A stretch of DNA of 55,618 nucleotides, taken from Solirubrobacteraceae bacterium (GTDB lineage Bacteria; Actinomycetota; Thermoleophilia; Solirubrobacterales; Solirubrobacteraceae). Positions 30,260 to 38,527 of the stretch are shown here, piece by piece. The notes beneath the pieces were generated by a model. The model was not told the origin of the DNA and did not search any database. It worked only from the letters and a program-made list of their open reading frames with translations. The translations under genes were made by a program, and so were the position numbers. How positions within the stretch are numbered: the stretch's first letter is position 1; each line of letters begins with the position of its first letter. The stretch is from contig JBPCJA010000194.1 in assembly GCA_051005755.1 (NCBI GenBank), positions 1 to 55,618 of the forward strand, read 5' to 3'.

Positions 30260-32640
30260 CCCCGCCGCGGCGTCAGCTCCACTGCGACGATGCCGCTCGG
30301 GTCGGCTGCGAGCCGGCGCATGTGGAACACGGTGCGCATGTGCGCCAGCAGGCGCTGACGCAGCCGCAGGTAGTTCGCCTGTCCCTCGCGGATGACCTCC
30401 AGCAGCTCCGCGGCCGGGGTGCCGGGGTCACCGGCGAGCGCGGACCGCTCCGTGACCAGCACGGTGCGCGGGGGCAGCCGCGCGGTCGCGGCGGAGAGCC
30501 TCGCGAAGGCGGAAGGGAGCAGCGCGTCCTCGGTGGGCGTCGCGATCGGCAGTGCGTTGGCACGGCCGCTGCGCACGAGCACCTCGGTCGTCAGCTCGGG
30601 TCCCAGCAGCACCGCAGGGGCGTGCCGGCCGCCGTAGCGGCGCACGAGCTGCTGCGCGGCCTGCTCGGGCTCGTAGGCCGACGCGATCGGTGACGCGATG
30701 AGCGCGGCCACCCGTCCGCGCAGGCTCTCGTCGAACGTCTGGCCGAGCAGGGCGCGCGGGTCGGTTGGGGGCAGGGTCACCGACCTGCCGGTGAGGGCCG
30801 CCAGCGCGGTGCGTCTCCAACCGTCGACGAACGCGCTCATCGACGAGCCGGCGAGCAGCAGTGCGACGATGCAGGCGATCGCCGTGAACGCGAGGCGGGG
30901 GACGCGGGAGGCCGACCGCGCGCCCCGGATCGCCATGTCCGTCCAGAGGGCCGTCAGCACGATCGTCGGCACCCCGATCTTCGCCTGCACGCCTTCCGCC
31001 GAACGGCCGAGGTAGTACGTGTAGGCCACGATGCCGAAGCCGGTGAGCGCTGCGATGACCGGAAGCTGCGCACGCGTCCGCGGCTGCAGCTCGCGACCCC
31101 GCAGGGTAAGGACGATCACCGCCGCCGCCGACGCGAACAGGACGCCCGCGTGCGCGAGCCCCGAGGAGAACGGCGCGATGAGCAGCTTGCCGAAGTCGCC
31201 TGAGCCGTAGATCCGCAGGAAGTCGAGGTATGTGCCCCAGTCGGGCCAGCTGCCCGCGGCCAGCCGGGTGGCGAGCGCGAACGCGCATTGGACCGCGAGC
31301 GTCGCGGCCGCCAAGCGGGCAACGCTCGCGCCGAACGGCGCGATCCGCTCGCGCGCGTGGCCGCCCGCGAGCCACGCCGAGCAGGCGAGGAACGCGAGCA
31401 CCGCGCCGAGCGTGTACGCGAACGTCTCGATGCTCCAGACGGAGACCAGCGCGGCGAGCATGAGCGCGGGCCACTGGGGGGAGCCGCGGCGCTGCCCGAT
31501 CACGAGCACGAGCAGGACGAGGAACGGCGGCCCGAAGCGCAGCACGCCCGCCATCGGATACGAGGTGAACGAGTAGGAGCCGAAGACATTCGTCATGACC
31601 GCGACCGCGACGGCTCCGATCGCGATCGCCTGCGACCGCGTGGAGAGCCGCAGCAGCAGGTAGATCGCGCAGAACCACAGCGCCGTCAGCACCCCGATCC
31701 CGAGCTCGAACGAGCCGTAGCTCAGCTGCGAGCCCGTGACGTGGTAGGCCGCCGCGATCGCGTAGATGACGCCGATGCCGTATTGGGAGAACGTGTCGAC
31801 GAGCAGCGCCCGCCCGTGAAGCGCGTCGTTGACCGGCCCGACGTAGAAGTTCAGGTGGTGCAGGACGTCGTTGGCGGGCGCCGAGTCCGGGTGGTACTGC
31901 AGGTCGTTGACGAGGACGACGAGCAGGGCGCAGAACGCGACGTCGACGGCGAGCGGAGGGCCTGGCATGCCTCGCCGCCCGGCCGCCAGCCCGGCCATGA
32001 GAGCCACGCCCACGATCGCCGCGAGCGCGAGCTTGGCCGGTTCGTGCGCCGCCGGCGGCGCGAACGGGAGCAGGCAGGCCGCGAGCGCGACGATGCCCGC
32101 CGTCGCGGTCCAGGGACGTCGCAGCAGCGCGAGCACGGCCAGGGCCTCGGGCCGCCGCAGCCAGCGCACGTCGAGGGCGAGCAGCGTCGCGGTGGCCCCG
32201 AGCATCACCAGCGCGGCGACCGCCGAGGAGGCACCGGCGTGGGCGAGCGCCCACGTGCAGGCCATGATGGCCGCCAGGGCTGCGGCGTTGACGGCGGCGA
32301 GGGCATCGAGCAGGTCGCCCGCGCGGCGCGCCAGTGGCAGAGCGAACGCGACGCCGGCAACGACAGCGCCGGCGGTGGCGAGGTACCCGGCCTGCTCGGT
32401 GGCCTCCGTATGCCCGAACGCGAGCACCAATGCCGCGCAGGAGCCCGCGGCGGTCGCAGCCACGATCGAGATCGCCAGCACGAGCTCGCCGGCGATCGGT
32501 GGGCGCGCGGGCCCGCCGGAACCAGGCCTGGCGCGGAGATCCTCCTGCAGCGCTGCGTCGGCGCGCGCCACGTTCGACACGGCTGCAGCGTAGGCGATCC
32601 CCGGCGGCACGGCGGTCGCCGGGCCGGCCATGCGTAGCAT
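30256..32640 (-). CDS. Large polytopic membrane protein (794 aa), paralogue of 28007-30259
   Basis: ATG 32640 (MLRMAGPATAV) inside track ORF 30256..33621. The upstream extension is Arg/Pro-rich and overlaps the next gene. Blocks: LHHLNFYVGPVNDALHGRALLVDTFSQYGIGVIYAIA, VLRFGPPFLV, SIETFAYTLGAV, YYLGRSAEG, VLLGPELTTEVLVRSGRANALPIATPTEDALL. Its stop overlaps the stop of the convergent paralogue within CTAG (30256-30259). Confidence 0.82.
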   Translation of the reverse strand: MLRMAGPATAVPPGIAYAAAVSNVARADAALQEDLRARPGSGGPARPPIAGELVLAISIVAATAAGSCAALVLAFGHTEATEQAGYLATAGAVVAGVAFALPLARRAGDLLDALAAVNAAALAAIMACTWALAHAGASSAVAALVMLGATATLLALDVRWLRRPEALAVLALLRRPWTATAGIVALAACLLPFAPPAAHEPAKLALAAIVGVALMAGLAAGRRGMPGPPLAVDVAFCALLVVLVNDLQYHPDSAPANDVLHHLNFYVGPVNDALHGRALLVDTFSQYGIGVIYAIAAAYHVTGSQLSYGSFELGIGVLTALWFCAIYLLLRLSTRSQAIAIGAVAVAVMTNVFGSYSFTSYPMAGVLRFGPPFLVLLVLVIGQRRGSPQWPALMLAALVSVWSIETFAYTLGAVLAFLACSAWLAGGHARERIAPFGASVARLAAATLAVQCAFALATRLAAGSWPDWGTYLDFLRIYGSGDFGKLLIAPFSSGLAHAGVLFASAAAVIVLTLRGRELQPRTRAQLPVIAALTGFGIVAYTYYLGRSAEGVQAKIGVPTIVLTALWTDMAIRGARSASRVPRLAFTAIACIVALLLAGSSMSAFVDGWRRTALAALTGRSVTLPPTDPRALLGQTFDESLRGRVAALIASPIASAYEPEQAAQQLVRRYGGRHAPAVLLGPELTTEVLVRSGRANALPIATPTEDALLPSAFARLSAATARLPPRTVLVTERSALAGDPGTPAAELLEVIREGQANYLRLRQRLLAHMRTVFHMRRLAADPSGIVAVELTPRRG

Positions 32641-32732
32641 GTCGCGCGTGAGCGAGTCCGGATCATGGGGCGCGCCGTCGGTCCGCGAGCCGCCCGGGAT
32701 CTGCGTGCGCCGGCGGGCGCGGCGCGACCGCT

Positions 32733-33605
32733 TCAGCCGCGAACCGCGGTGAGCGACAGGGACGGGCCATGAGCGTGGTCCGGCCGGTCGAAGCCGACCT
32801 CGACGTCGCGCCAGCCGAAGTGGTCGAGCGCCCCCATGAGGTCGGCGCGCGACAGCCAGTTGGCGTGCGCCTGGTTGCCGCCGTAGAAGCCGACGAGCTT
32901 GCGCCCGACGCCGTAGTCGAAGCGGTGGACGCAATGCGCGAATCCGCGCGTGACGGCCGCTGCCGGCTCGCCGGCGAAGTGGCGGCGGATTCGCGGCGCC
33001 AGGCGCGCGACGTGCTCGGCGTCGTAGTACTGGGTCCACAGCGCCAGCCGGCGCCCCCGAGCGGCGGTCAGCGCGATGAGCTCGACCGGATCGATCATGT
33101 GGTACAGGACTCCCTGCGCAAGGACGAGGTCGTATACGTCGGGCTCGGATCGCAGCATCGCGACGAAGTCGCCGAGCCGGAAGTGGGCCGCGTCCATGCG
33201 CAGCAGATCCTTGACGACGAGGCACTTCAGGAAGTGGCGGGCGTTGCCCTCGACGGCCACGACCCGTCCCGCGCCCGCCTGCAGCGCCATGTACGTGTGG
33301 CCGCCCTCCAGCGGCCCGAGTTCCAGCACGGACTGCCCGTCGAGCGGACCGAAGCGCTCGAGGGTCCAGCGGATGCGCTCGTCCTCGAAGAGCTGCGCGT
33401 CGCCCGCGCGCAGCCCGTCGTAGGGCGGCGGCAGTCGCGACGCCCACTCGCCCGCGAAGATGTCGAGCATGGCCTGCGCGTCCGGCGGCCGGAGGACGTG
33501 GGCGCCCGACGCATCTCCCCACCAGTGGATCTTCTGGCTGCGCAGCATGCCGGCCAGGCCGCGGGCACGGGTCTGTAGCGAGCTCATCGCGGCCGGCGCG
33601 CGCAT
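32733..33605 (-). CDS. Class I SAM-dependent methyltransferase (DUF1698/CmoB-like layout)
   Basis: ATG 33605 (MRAPAAMSSLQ) or ATG 33587. VLELGPLEGGHTYMALQAGAGRVVAVEGN (motif I), YDLVLAQGVLYHMIDP. Confidence 0.78.
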   Translation of the reverse strand: MRAPAAMSSLQTRARGLAGMLRSQKIHWWGDASGAHVLRPPDAQAMLDIFAGEWASRLPPPYDGLRAGDAQLFEDERIRWTLERFGPLDGQSVLELGPLEGGHTYMALQAGAGRVVAVEGNARHFLKCLVVKDLLRMDAAHFRLGDFVAMLRSEPDVYDLVLAQGVLYHMIDPVELIALTAARGRRLALWTQYYDAEHVARLAPRIRRHFAGEPAAAVTRGFAHCVHRFDYGVGRKLVGFYGGNQAHANWLSRADLMGALDHFGWRDVEVGFDRPDHAHGPSLSLTAVRG

Positions 33606-33659
33606 GGATCGAACGTAACATCTCCTCGCCCTGACGCCGCCCGTGACCACCGCCCCCGC

Positions 33660-34598
33660 ATGAGCCTCCGCACCCGCACCGCGGTCGTCCACCTCGTGCG
33701 CCGCGTCAACGGGATCGCTCCGTTCGAGCGCTTCCTGACGTCCTACGAGCGTGTCGACGCCGGTCTCGAGCACGATCTCGTCCTGCTGTTCAAGGGCTTT
33801 GGCGGCGCGCGCGAGCGCGACCCCTACCTCCAGCGCGCCGCCGCTCACGCGCCGCGGAGCGTCGAGCTGCCCGACGACGGAACGGATCTCACCGCGTACG
33901 TCGCGGCCGCTGCGATGCTCGACCACGAGCGCGTGTGCTTCGTGAACTCCTTCAGCGAGATCCTCGCGCCGGGCTGGCTGGGATTGCTCGATGCCGCGCT
34001 CCGGGACCGGCGCGCGGGCGCCGCCGGGGCGACCGGCTCCTGGGGAAGCCAGCTGTCGTACGAGCTGTTCCAGCTCGGCGCGCCGGGCGCCTACGCTCGC
34101 GCGTTTCGCAGCCGGCGCGTCGCACGCGAGGTCATGTACGAGCTTACGGGGGCGCCGCTCGCCGGAGCGGTCCGCAGCTGGCTGTACACCGTGCTCATGG
34201 CGGGGCTGCGGTCACGCACGATGGGCCTCTTCCCCGCGCCCCACCTGCGGACGAACGCGTTCCTCGTCGATCGCGCGCTGCTGCGCTCGCTGCGGACCGG
34301 CCGCACCGTCACGAAGCTGGACGCGTACCAACTGGAGAGCGGGCGCCGCTCGATCACCGCCCAGTTGCGAGCTCGCGGCCTCGCCCCGGTCGTCGTGGAC
34401 AGGACGGGTACCGCGCGCGAGCCCGACGCGTGGCACAGCGCCGACGTGTTCGCGCAGTCCGACCAGGAGGACCTGATCGTCGCCGACAACCAGACGCGGC
34501 TGTATGCGGCGGCGACGACGCGCCAGCGCGAGGTCCTGTCGGCCTTCGCATGGGGGCCGCGGGCGCGGCCGGCACCGAGCGGGAACGCGCGAACGTGA
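33660..34598 (+). CDS. Hypothetical protein (312 aa), unrecognised family, translationally coupled to the flippase gene
   Basis: ORF 33660..34598 with high GC3 and non-repetitive sequence: AVVHLVRRVNGIAPFERFLTSYERVDAGLEHDLVLLFKGF, VCFVNSFSEILAPGWLGLL, HLRTNAFLVDRALL. The alternating strand/helix N-terminus hints at a nucleotide-diphospho-sugar-transferase-like fold, which is inference only. Confidence 0.7.
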   Translation: MSLRTRTAVVHLVRRVNGIAPFERFLTSYERVDAGLEHDLVLLFKGFGGARERDPYLQRAAAHAPRSVELPDDGTDLTAYVAAAAMLDHERVCFVNSFSEILAPGWLGLLDAALRDRRAGAAGATGSWGSQLSYELFQLGAPGAYARAFRSRRVAREVMYELTGAPLAGAVRSWLYTVLMAGLRSRTMGLFPAPHLRTNAFLVDRALLRSLRTGRTVTKLDAYQLESGRRSITAQLRARGLAPVVVDRTGTAREPDAWHSADVFAQSDQEDLIVADNQTRLYAAATTRQREVLSAFAWGPRARPAPSGNART

Positions 34599-36070
34599 CG
34601 GCCGCCGACCCGCCCGCGCCGCCCGCTGACCTCATCGACAGCACGGCAGCCGGGCCCGCGGCGATGCGTGGCGGCTTCCTGCGCATCGCGAGCTTCGCGG
34701 GCTCGCTCATCATCGGCCTGGCGTCGGCGCCGCTGCTCGTTCGCCATCTCGGCGAGATCGAGTTCGGCCGCTACTCGACGGCGCTGGCCGTGATCGCGAT
34801 CGTCGCCGGCCTGACCGAGGGCGGCGTCACCACGGTCGCGCTGCGCGAGCTGTCGGTCACGAAGGAGCCCGCCGAGGCGCGGCGCCTGATGAGCGACCTG
34901 CTCGGCCTGCGAATCGTGCTCAGCACGGCTGGCCTCGCGGTCGCCGTCGCCTTCACGGCCGTCGCCGGCTACGGCCAGACCCTGACCCTCGGCGTGCTCC
35001 TGGCCGGCGTCGGCATGATCCTCGCGGCCACGCAGGGGCTGCTCGCGGTCGTCCTCCAGAGCCGGCTGCGCTTCGGCTGGGCGGCGCTGATCGAGCTCGC
35101 CCGCGGCATCGTCGGGATCGGCCTGATCGTCGTCCTCGTGCTCGCGGGCCAGGGAACGATCGAGTTCCTCGCCGTCGCCATTCCCGTGGGTGCGCTGGCG
35201 CTCGCCCTGACCGTGCCGCTCGTGCGCGGGCAGACGTCGCTGCGTCCCGCGTTTGCGCCCCGCCGCTGGTTGGCGCTGCTGCGCGAGGTGCTCGTCATCG
35301 CCCTGGCGGTCGCCGTCTACGCGCTGTACTTCCGCGTCACGCTGCTGGTCACCTCGCTCGTCTCCACCGCTGACGAGACGGGCTACTTCGCGATCTCGTT
35401 CCGGCTCATGGAGGCGCTCATCGGCATCCCCATCCTGCTCATCGGCGCGGCGTTTCCGATCATCTCCCGGTCCGCTCGCGACGATCGCGAGCGCTTCGAG
35501 TACGCGACACGCCGGATCTACGAGCTGTCGCTGTTCCTCGGCGGCCTCATGGCGCTGGGCCTGCTGCTGTCGGCGCCGTTCGCGATCGAGGTGCTCGTCG
35601 GCACGAGCGACCACCCGTCGGTCGAGGTCCTCCAGATCCAGAGCGTGGCGCTCGCGGCGGGCTTCGTCGTCGCCGCGACCTCGTTTCCGCTGCTCGGCAT
35701 GCGCCGCCACCGCGAGCTCCTCGTCGCCAACAGCGTCGCGCTCCTGCTGGCGGCGGTGCTCGCCCTGGCGCTGGCGCCGTCGCTCGGCGCGGTCGGCGCG
35801 GCGATCGCCGCGGTGACCGCCGACTTCGTGCTGGCAGGGACGACGACGGCGATGCTCCTGCGCCGCGGCGGGCCGCCGCTGCCGCTGTCGGCAGTACCCG
35901 TCACCCTCGCTGCGGCGCTGTGCGGATACGGAGCCGCCTGGCTCGTCGGGATCCATCCGGTCGTCGATGCCGTCGTCGGATGCAGCGTCTTCCTCGCCGT
36001 GCTCGTCCTCCTGCGGCGCTTCCCGCCGGAGTTGCGCGAGCTGCTGACCAGCGGGCGCACCGAGCGTTAA
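34595..36070 (+). CDS. Polysaccharide biosynthesis protein / Wzx-type flippase (MOP superfamily)
   Basis: GTG 34595 overlaps the upstream TGA (GTGA); ATG 34664 is an alternative. About 12-14 hydrophobic helices. N-terminal FLRIASFAGSLIIGLASAPLLVRHLGEIEFGRYSTALAVIAIVAGL is typical of Wzx/RfbX-like proteins. Confidence 0.82.
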   Translation: MTAADPPAPPADLIDSTAAGPAAMRGGFLRIASFAGSLIIGLASAPLLVRHLGEIEFGRYSTALAVIAIVAGLTEGGVTTVALRELSVTKEPAEARRLMSDLLGLRIVLSTAGLAVAVAFTAVAGYGQTLTLGVLLAGVGMILAATQGLLAVVLQSRLRFGWAALIELARGIVGIGLIVVLVLAGQGTIEFLAVAIPVGALALALTVPLVRGQTSLRPAFAPRRWLALLREVLVIALAVAVYALYFRVTLLVTSLVSTADETGYFAISFRLMEALIGIPILLIGAAFPIISRSARDDRERFEYATRRIYELSLFLGGLMALGLLLSAPFAIEVLVGTSDHPSVEVLQIQSVALAAGFVVAATSFPLLGMRRHRELLVANSVALLLAAVLALALAPSLGAVGAAIAAVTADFVLAGTTTAMLLRRGGPPLPLSAVPVTLAAALCGYGAAWLVGIHPVVDAVVGCSVFLAVLVLLRRFPPELRELLTSGRTER

Positions 36071-36111
36071 CCGTGCCTCATCCCGCCTCCGGGGCGCTTT
36101 GCGCATCGATG

Positions 36112-36219
36112 TCATGCGCATGTCGCCCCGCGTCGAACGTCGTCCAGTTCCGCGTCGCCTCGCTGCAGCGCCAGGATGTCCTCGCCGGTGAGGCGGCCGG
36201 CCGGTGCATCGCTCGTCAT
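36112..36219 (-). CDS. Possible 35-aa ORF, translationally coupled
   Basis: ATG 36219 overlaps the TGA of ORF 36216-36509 (ATGA). MTSDAPAGRLTGEDILALQRGDAELDDVRRGATCA has mostly G/C at codon position 3. No other support. Confidence 0.25.
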   Translation of the reverse strand: MTSDAPAGRLTGEDILALQRGDAELDDVRRGATCA

Positions 36220-36509
36220 GTCCGCCCGAGCTGGCGAAGGCCGAACTCGATGTCGCAGAGCTGGCCGTGGCGTGCCTGCGGTGGCTGCAGCCGGCCGATC
36301 ATGCGCTGATGCTCGCTGCACGGATCGTCGACGACGAGCTCGATCGGGGCGATGCGCTCGGCCGCGCGATCGGACGCCGTGCCACGTCGGCGCGCAAGCT
36401 CGGTCAGCTCGGTGCGGAGGTCGTCGTCGACGGGCTCGTGGAAGCGCACCCGGACCATGCGGCGCTCGCGCTGGGTCAGCCCGAGCCGCTCGTCAAGGCT
36501 GATCGTCAC
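36216..36509 (-). CDS. Hypothetical small protein (~97 aa)
   Basis: GTG 36509 (or 36515) within ORF 36216..36656: VTISLDERLGLTQRERRMVRVRFHEPVDDDLRTELTELARRRGTASDRAAERIAPIELVVDDPCSEHQRMIGRL. I counted 11 non-G/C third positions in 97 codons, against about 22 in 102 for the antisense ORF 36204..36743. It is divergent from the HTH-deformylase gene. Confidence 0.4.
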   Translation of the reverse strand: MTISLDERLGLTQRERRMVRVRFHEPVDDDLRTELTELARRRGTASDRAAERIAPIELVVDDPCSEHQRMIGRLQPPQARHGQLCDIEFGLRQLGRT

Positions 36510-36810
36510 ATGCACGCATCCGCAGACCAGCCGGCCGGCGCGATACGCGCGCCCCAGATGCCAGCGGCCAGTGCTCGAACGGTGCTCAGTGTCTACCGCT
36601 GCCGGCGAGGTGTCGCGGACGAACGGCCTTTGGCTCGTACTGACTGCAAGACGCATGTGCCTCCCTCGGCTCGACGGGACCGTCAGGCGCGCGTTGGGAG
36701 CGCCCAGGGTGAGCGGATCGCCGGCGTTCGGATCCGACGGTGAGGTACCGTCAGATCCAGCGCCGTGACCGCATCAGCACCCGATCACGGCTGCAGGGGA
36801 TGACTGAAGG

Positions 36811-38361
36811 ATGCGCTCGGCTCACTCAGACCTCACTCAGCCTTCTGGCGACGCCGCCCGGCGCACAGTCGAGGCCGCCCGCGCCGCCGAGAGCTTCATC
36901 GCGGATCTACGGCGCTGGCGCGAGGTTCGCGGGCTGTCACAGAAGCGGCTTGCGGCCGAGATGGCGTACGACGCGTCGTACGTGAGCAAGATCGAGACGG
37001 GCCAGCAGCAGCCGACCCACGAGTTCGCTCGCCGAGCCGACGAGGTTCTCGATGCCGGCGGCAGCCTCATCCGGCGTTGCCGCGACTACACCTCCAGCCG
37101 TCTGATGACGAGTGGGGCACAGCCCCCCGTTCGTCTGGCCAGTGACGACGCGGGCTCGTTGGCTCACAGTCTCCTCGTGCGCCACGAGGAAGCCGAATGC
37201 CGCTACGTCGACGGCGTCTATCACCTCCACATGCGCCGCCAGCTCTACAACGCCAGCGATGCGCCGGTCACCCGCTACCTCATCCGGATCGCGGTCGATC
37301 GCCATCCCAAGACCCCGGAGCGATCGAACGAGCTGTATCGGCAGCGACCGTTGACCTGGGAGGAGATCGGGCTGCGCGCATGGTGCGAGGGCGAGGAGCT
37401 GCACTGGGAGGTCAAGCACGACCGCGACGCCTTCAAGGAGATCTGGCTGCTGCTGGAGAGCGGGCAACGCAAGCTGCCGCTGTACCCCGGCCAGAGCACG
37501 TGGCTTGAGTACCGGTACACGGTCGGCGAGGACAAGTGGGGCCAATGGTTTCAGCGCGCGATCCGGCTGCCGACCGAGCGCCTCAGCGTGCAGCTCGTCT
37601 TCCCCGCCGAACTCGACCCCGCCGTCTGGGGTACCGAGACGACGATGACCGCGCGGGCCGTTCCCGTGCGCACGGCCATCATGCAGCGCGACGACGGCGA
37701 CCAGCGCATCTTCAGCTGGTCGACCGAGAGCCCGCCGCTGCACGCCCGCTACCGCTTCGAGTGGCGCCTCGCCGGCCAGGACCTCAGCGCCGAGCACATG
37801 CGCCCCAGCGAGCGCATGCGCGCCCTCGGCGTCGTCCAGGCGCACGACCCGGCCCTGCGCCAGCCCTGTGAGCCGTTCGACCTTCCCGCCGATCGCGACC
37901 TCGCGCACAGCGTGAGCGAGCTGCTGACGGCGTTCCTGCATCCGCTGCGCGCCGCGCACTCCTTCGGCAAGGGCATGGGCCTCGCGGCCCCGCAGATCGG
38001 CATCGCGCGCCGCGCCGCCGTCGTCCAGGCGCCTGACCAGCCGCCCCTCGTGCTCCTCAACCCGCGCATCCTCGACGCATCGGCGGACACCGACGAGCAG
38101 TACGAGGGCTGCCTGAGCTTCTTCGACGTCCGCGGCATCGTCGAGCGGCCGTTGCGCATCGAGGTCGAGCACACCGCGCTCGACGGCGCGGCGCACATCA
38201 CGACCTTCGAGCACGCGGCTGCCCGCCTCTGGGCCCACGAGATCGACCACCTCGACGGCAAGCTCTACACCGACCGCATGCCGCCCGGCCTCGAGCCGGT
38301 ACCGGTGGAGCGCTACCACGCCACGGGGACCGCATGGCGGTATGGCTCGCCCCGCGCCTAA
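36811..38361 (+). CDS. Fusion protein: XRE-type HTH, unrecognised ~250-aa domain and a complete peptide deformylase domain
   Basis: HTH: LRRWREVRGLSQKRLAAEMAYDASYVSKIETGQQQPTHEFARRADEVL. Middle domain (aa about 100-335) has no recognisable motif. PDF region from the in-frame ATG at 37816: MRALGVVQAHDPALRQPCEPF, GKGMGLAAPQIG (motif 1), EGCLSF (motif 2), AHEIDHLDG (motif 3). There is no stop between the parts. Confidence 0.85.
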   Translation: MRSAHSDLTQPSGDAARRTVEAARAAESFIADLRRWREVRGLSQKRLAAEMAYDASYVSKIETGQQQPTHEFARRADEVLDAGGSLIRRCRDYTSSRLMTSGAQPPVRLASDDAGSLAHSLLVRHEEAECRYVDGVYHLHMRRQLYNASDAPVTRYLIRIAVDRHPKTPERSNELYRQRPLTWEEIGLRAWCEGEELHWEVKHDRDAFKEIWLLLESGQRKLPLYPGQSTWLEYRYTVGEDKWGQWFQRAIRLPTERLSVQLVFPAELDPAVWGTETTMTARAVPVRTAIMQRDDGDQRIFSWSTESPPLHARYRFEWRLAGQDLSAEHMRPSERMRALGVVQAHDPALRQPCEPFDLPADRDLAHSVSELLTAFLHPLRAAHSFGKGMGLAAPQIGIARRAAVVQAPDQPPLVLLNPRILDASADTDEQYEGCLSFFDVRGIVERPLRIEVEHTALDGAAHITTFEHAAARLWAHEIDHLDGKLYTDRMPPGLEPVPVERYHATGTAWRYGSPRA

Positions 38362-38527
38362 CGCCGCCACCGGCGGCGGCTCGTGCGTCGTGCGACGAGG
38401 AACGGCCTGTGCGCAAAAGCGATCTCGACGCGTATCGTCTCGGCGGCTATCGCATCCACGCGAAAGCGATAGCCGGCAGCGTAATCGGACCCGTTGACGC
38501 CGCGGGTGCGCAGGCCGTTTTGGACGG

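Noticed and set aside
32641-33621. N-terminal 327-aa extension of track ORF 30256..33621.
   Set aside because: The extension is Arg/Pro-rich and lies antisense or out of frame to the convincing methyltransferase at 32733-33605. The protein-like sequence begins at MLRMAGP (ATG 32640).
36204-36743. Plus-strand track ORF antisense to the small-ORF pair.
   Set aside because: By my count it has a lower G/C third-position fraction than the minus-strand frame. It has no start context or coupling, and its translation is dominated by Ala/Arg/Asp/Leu.
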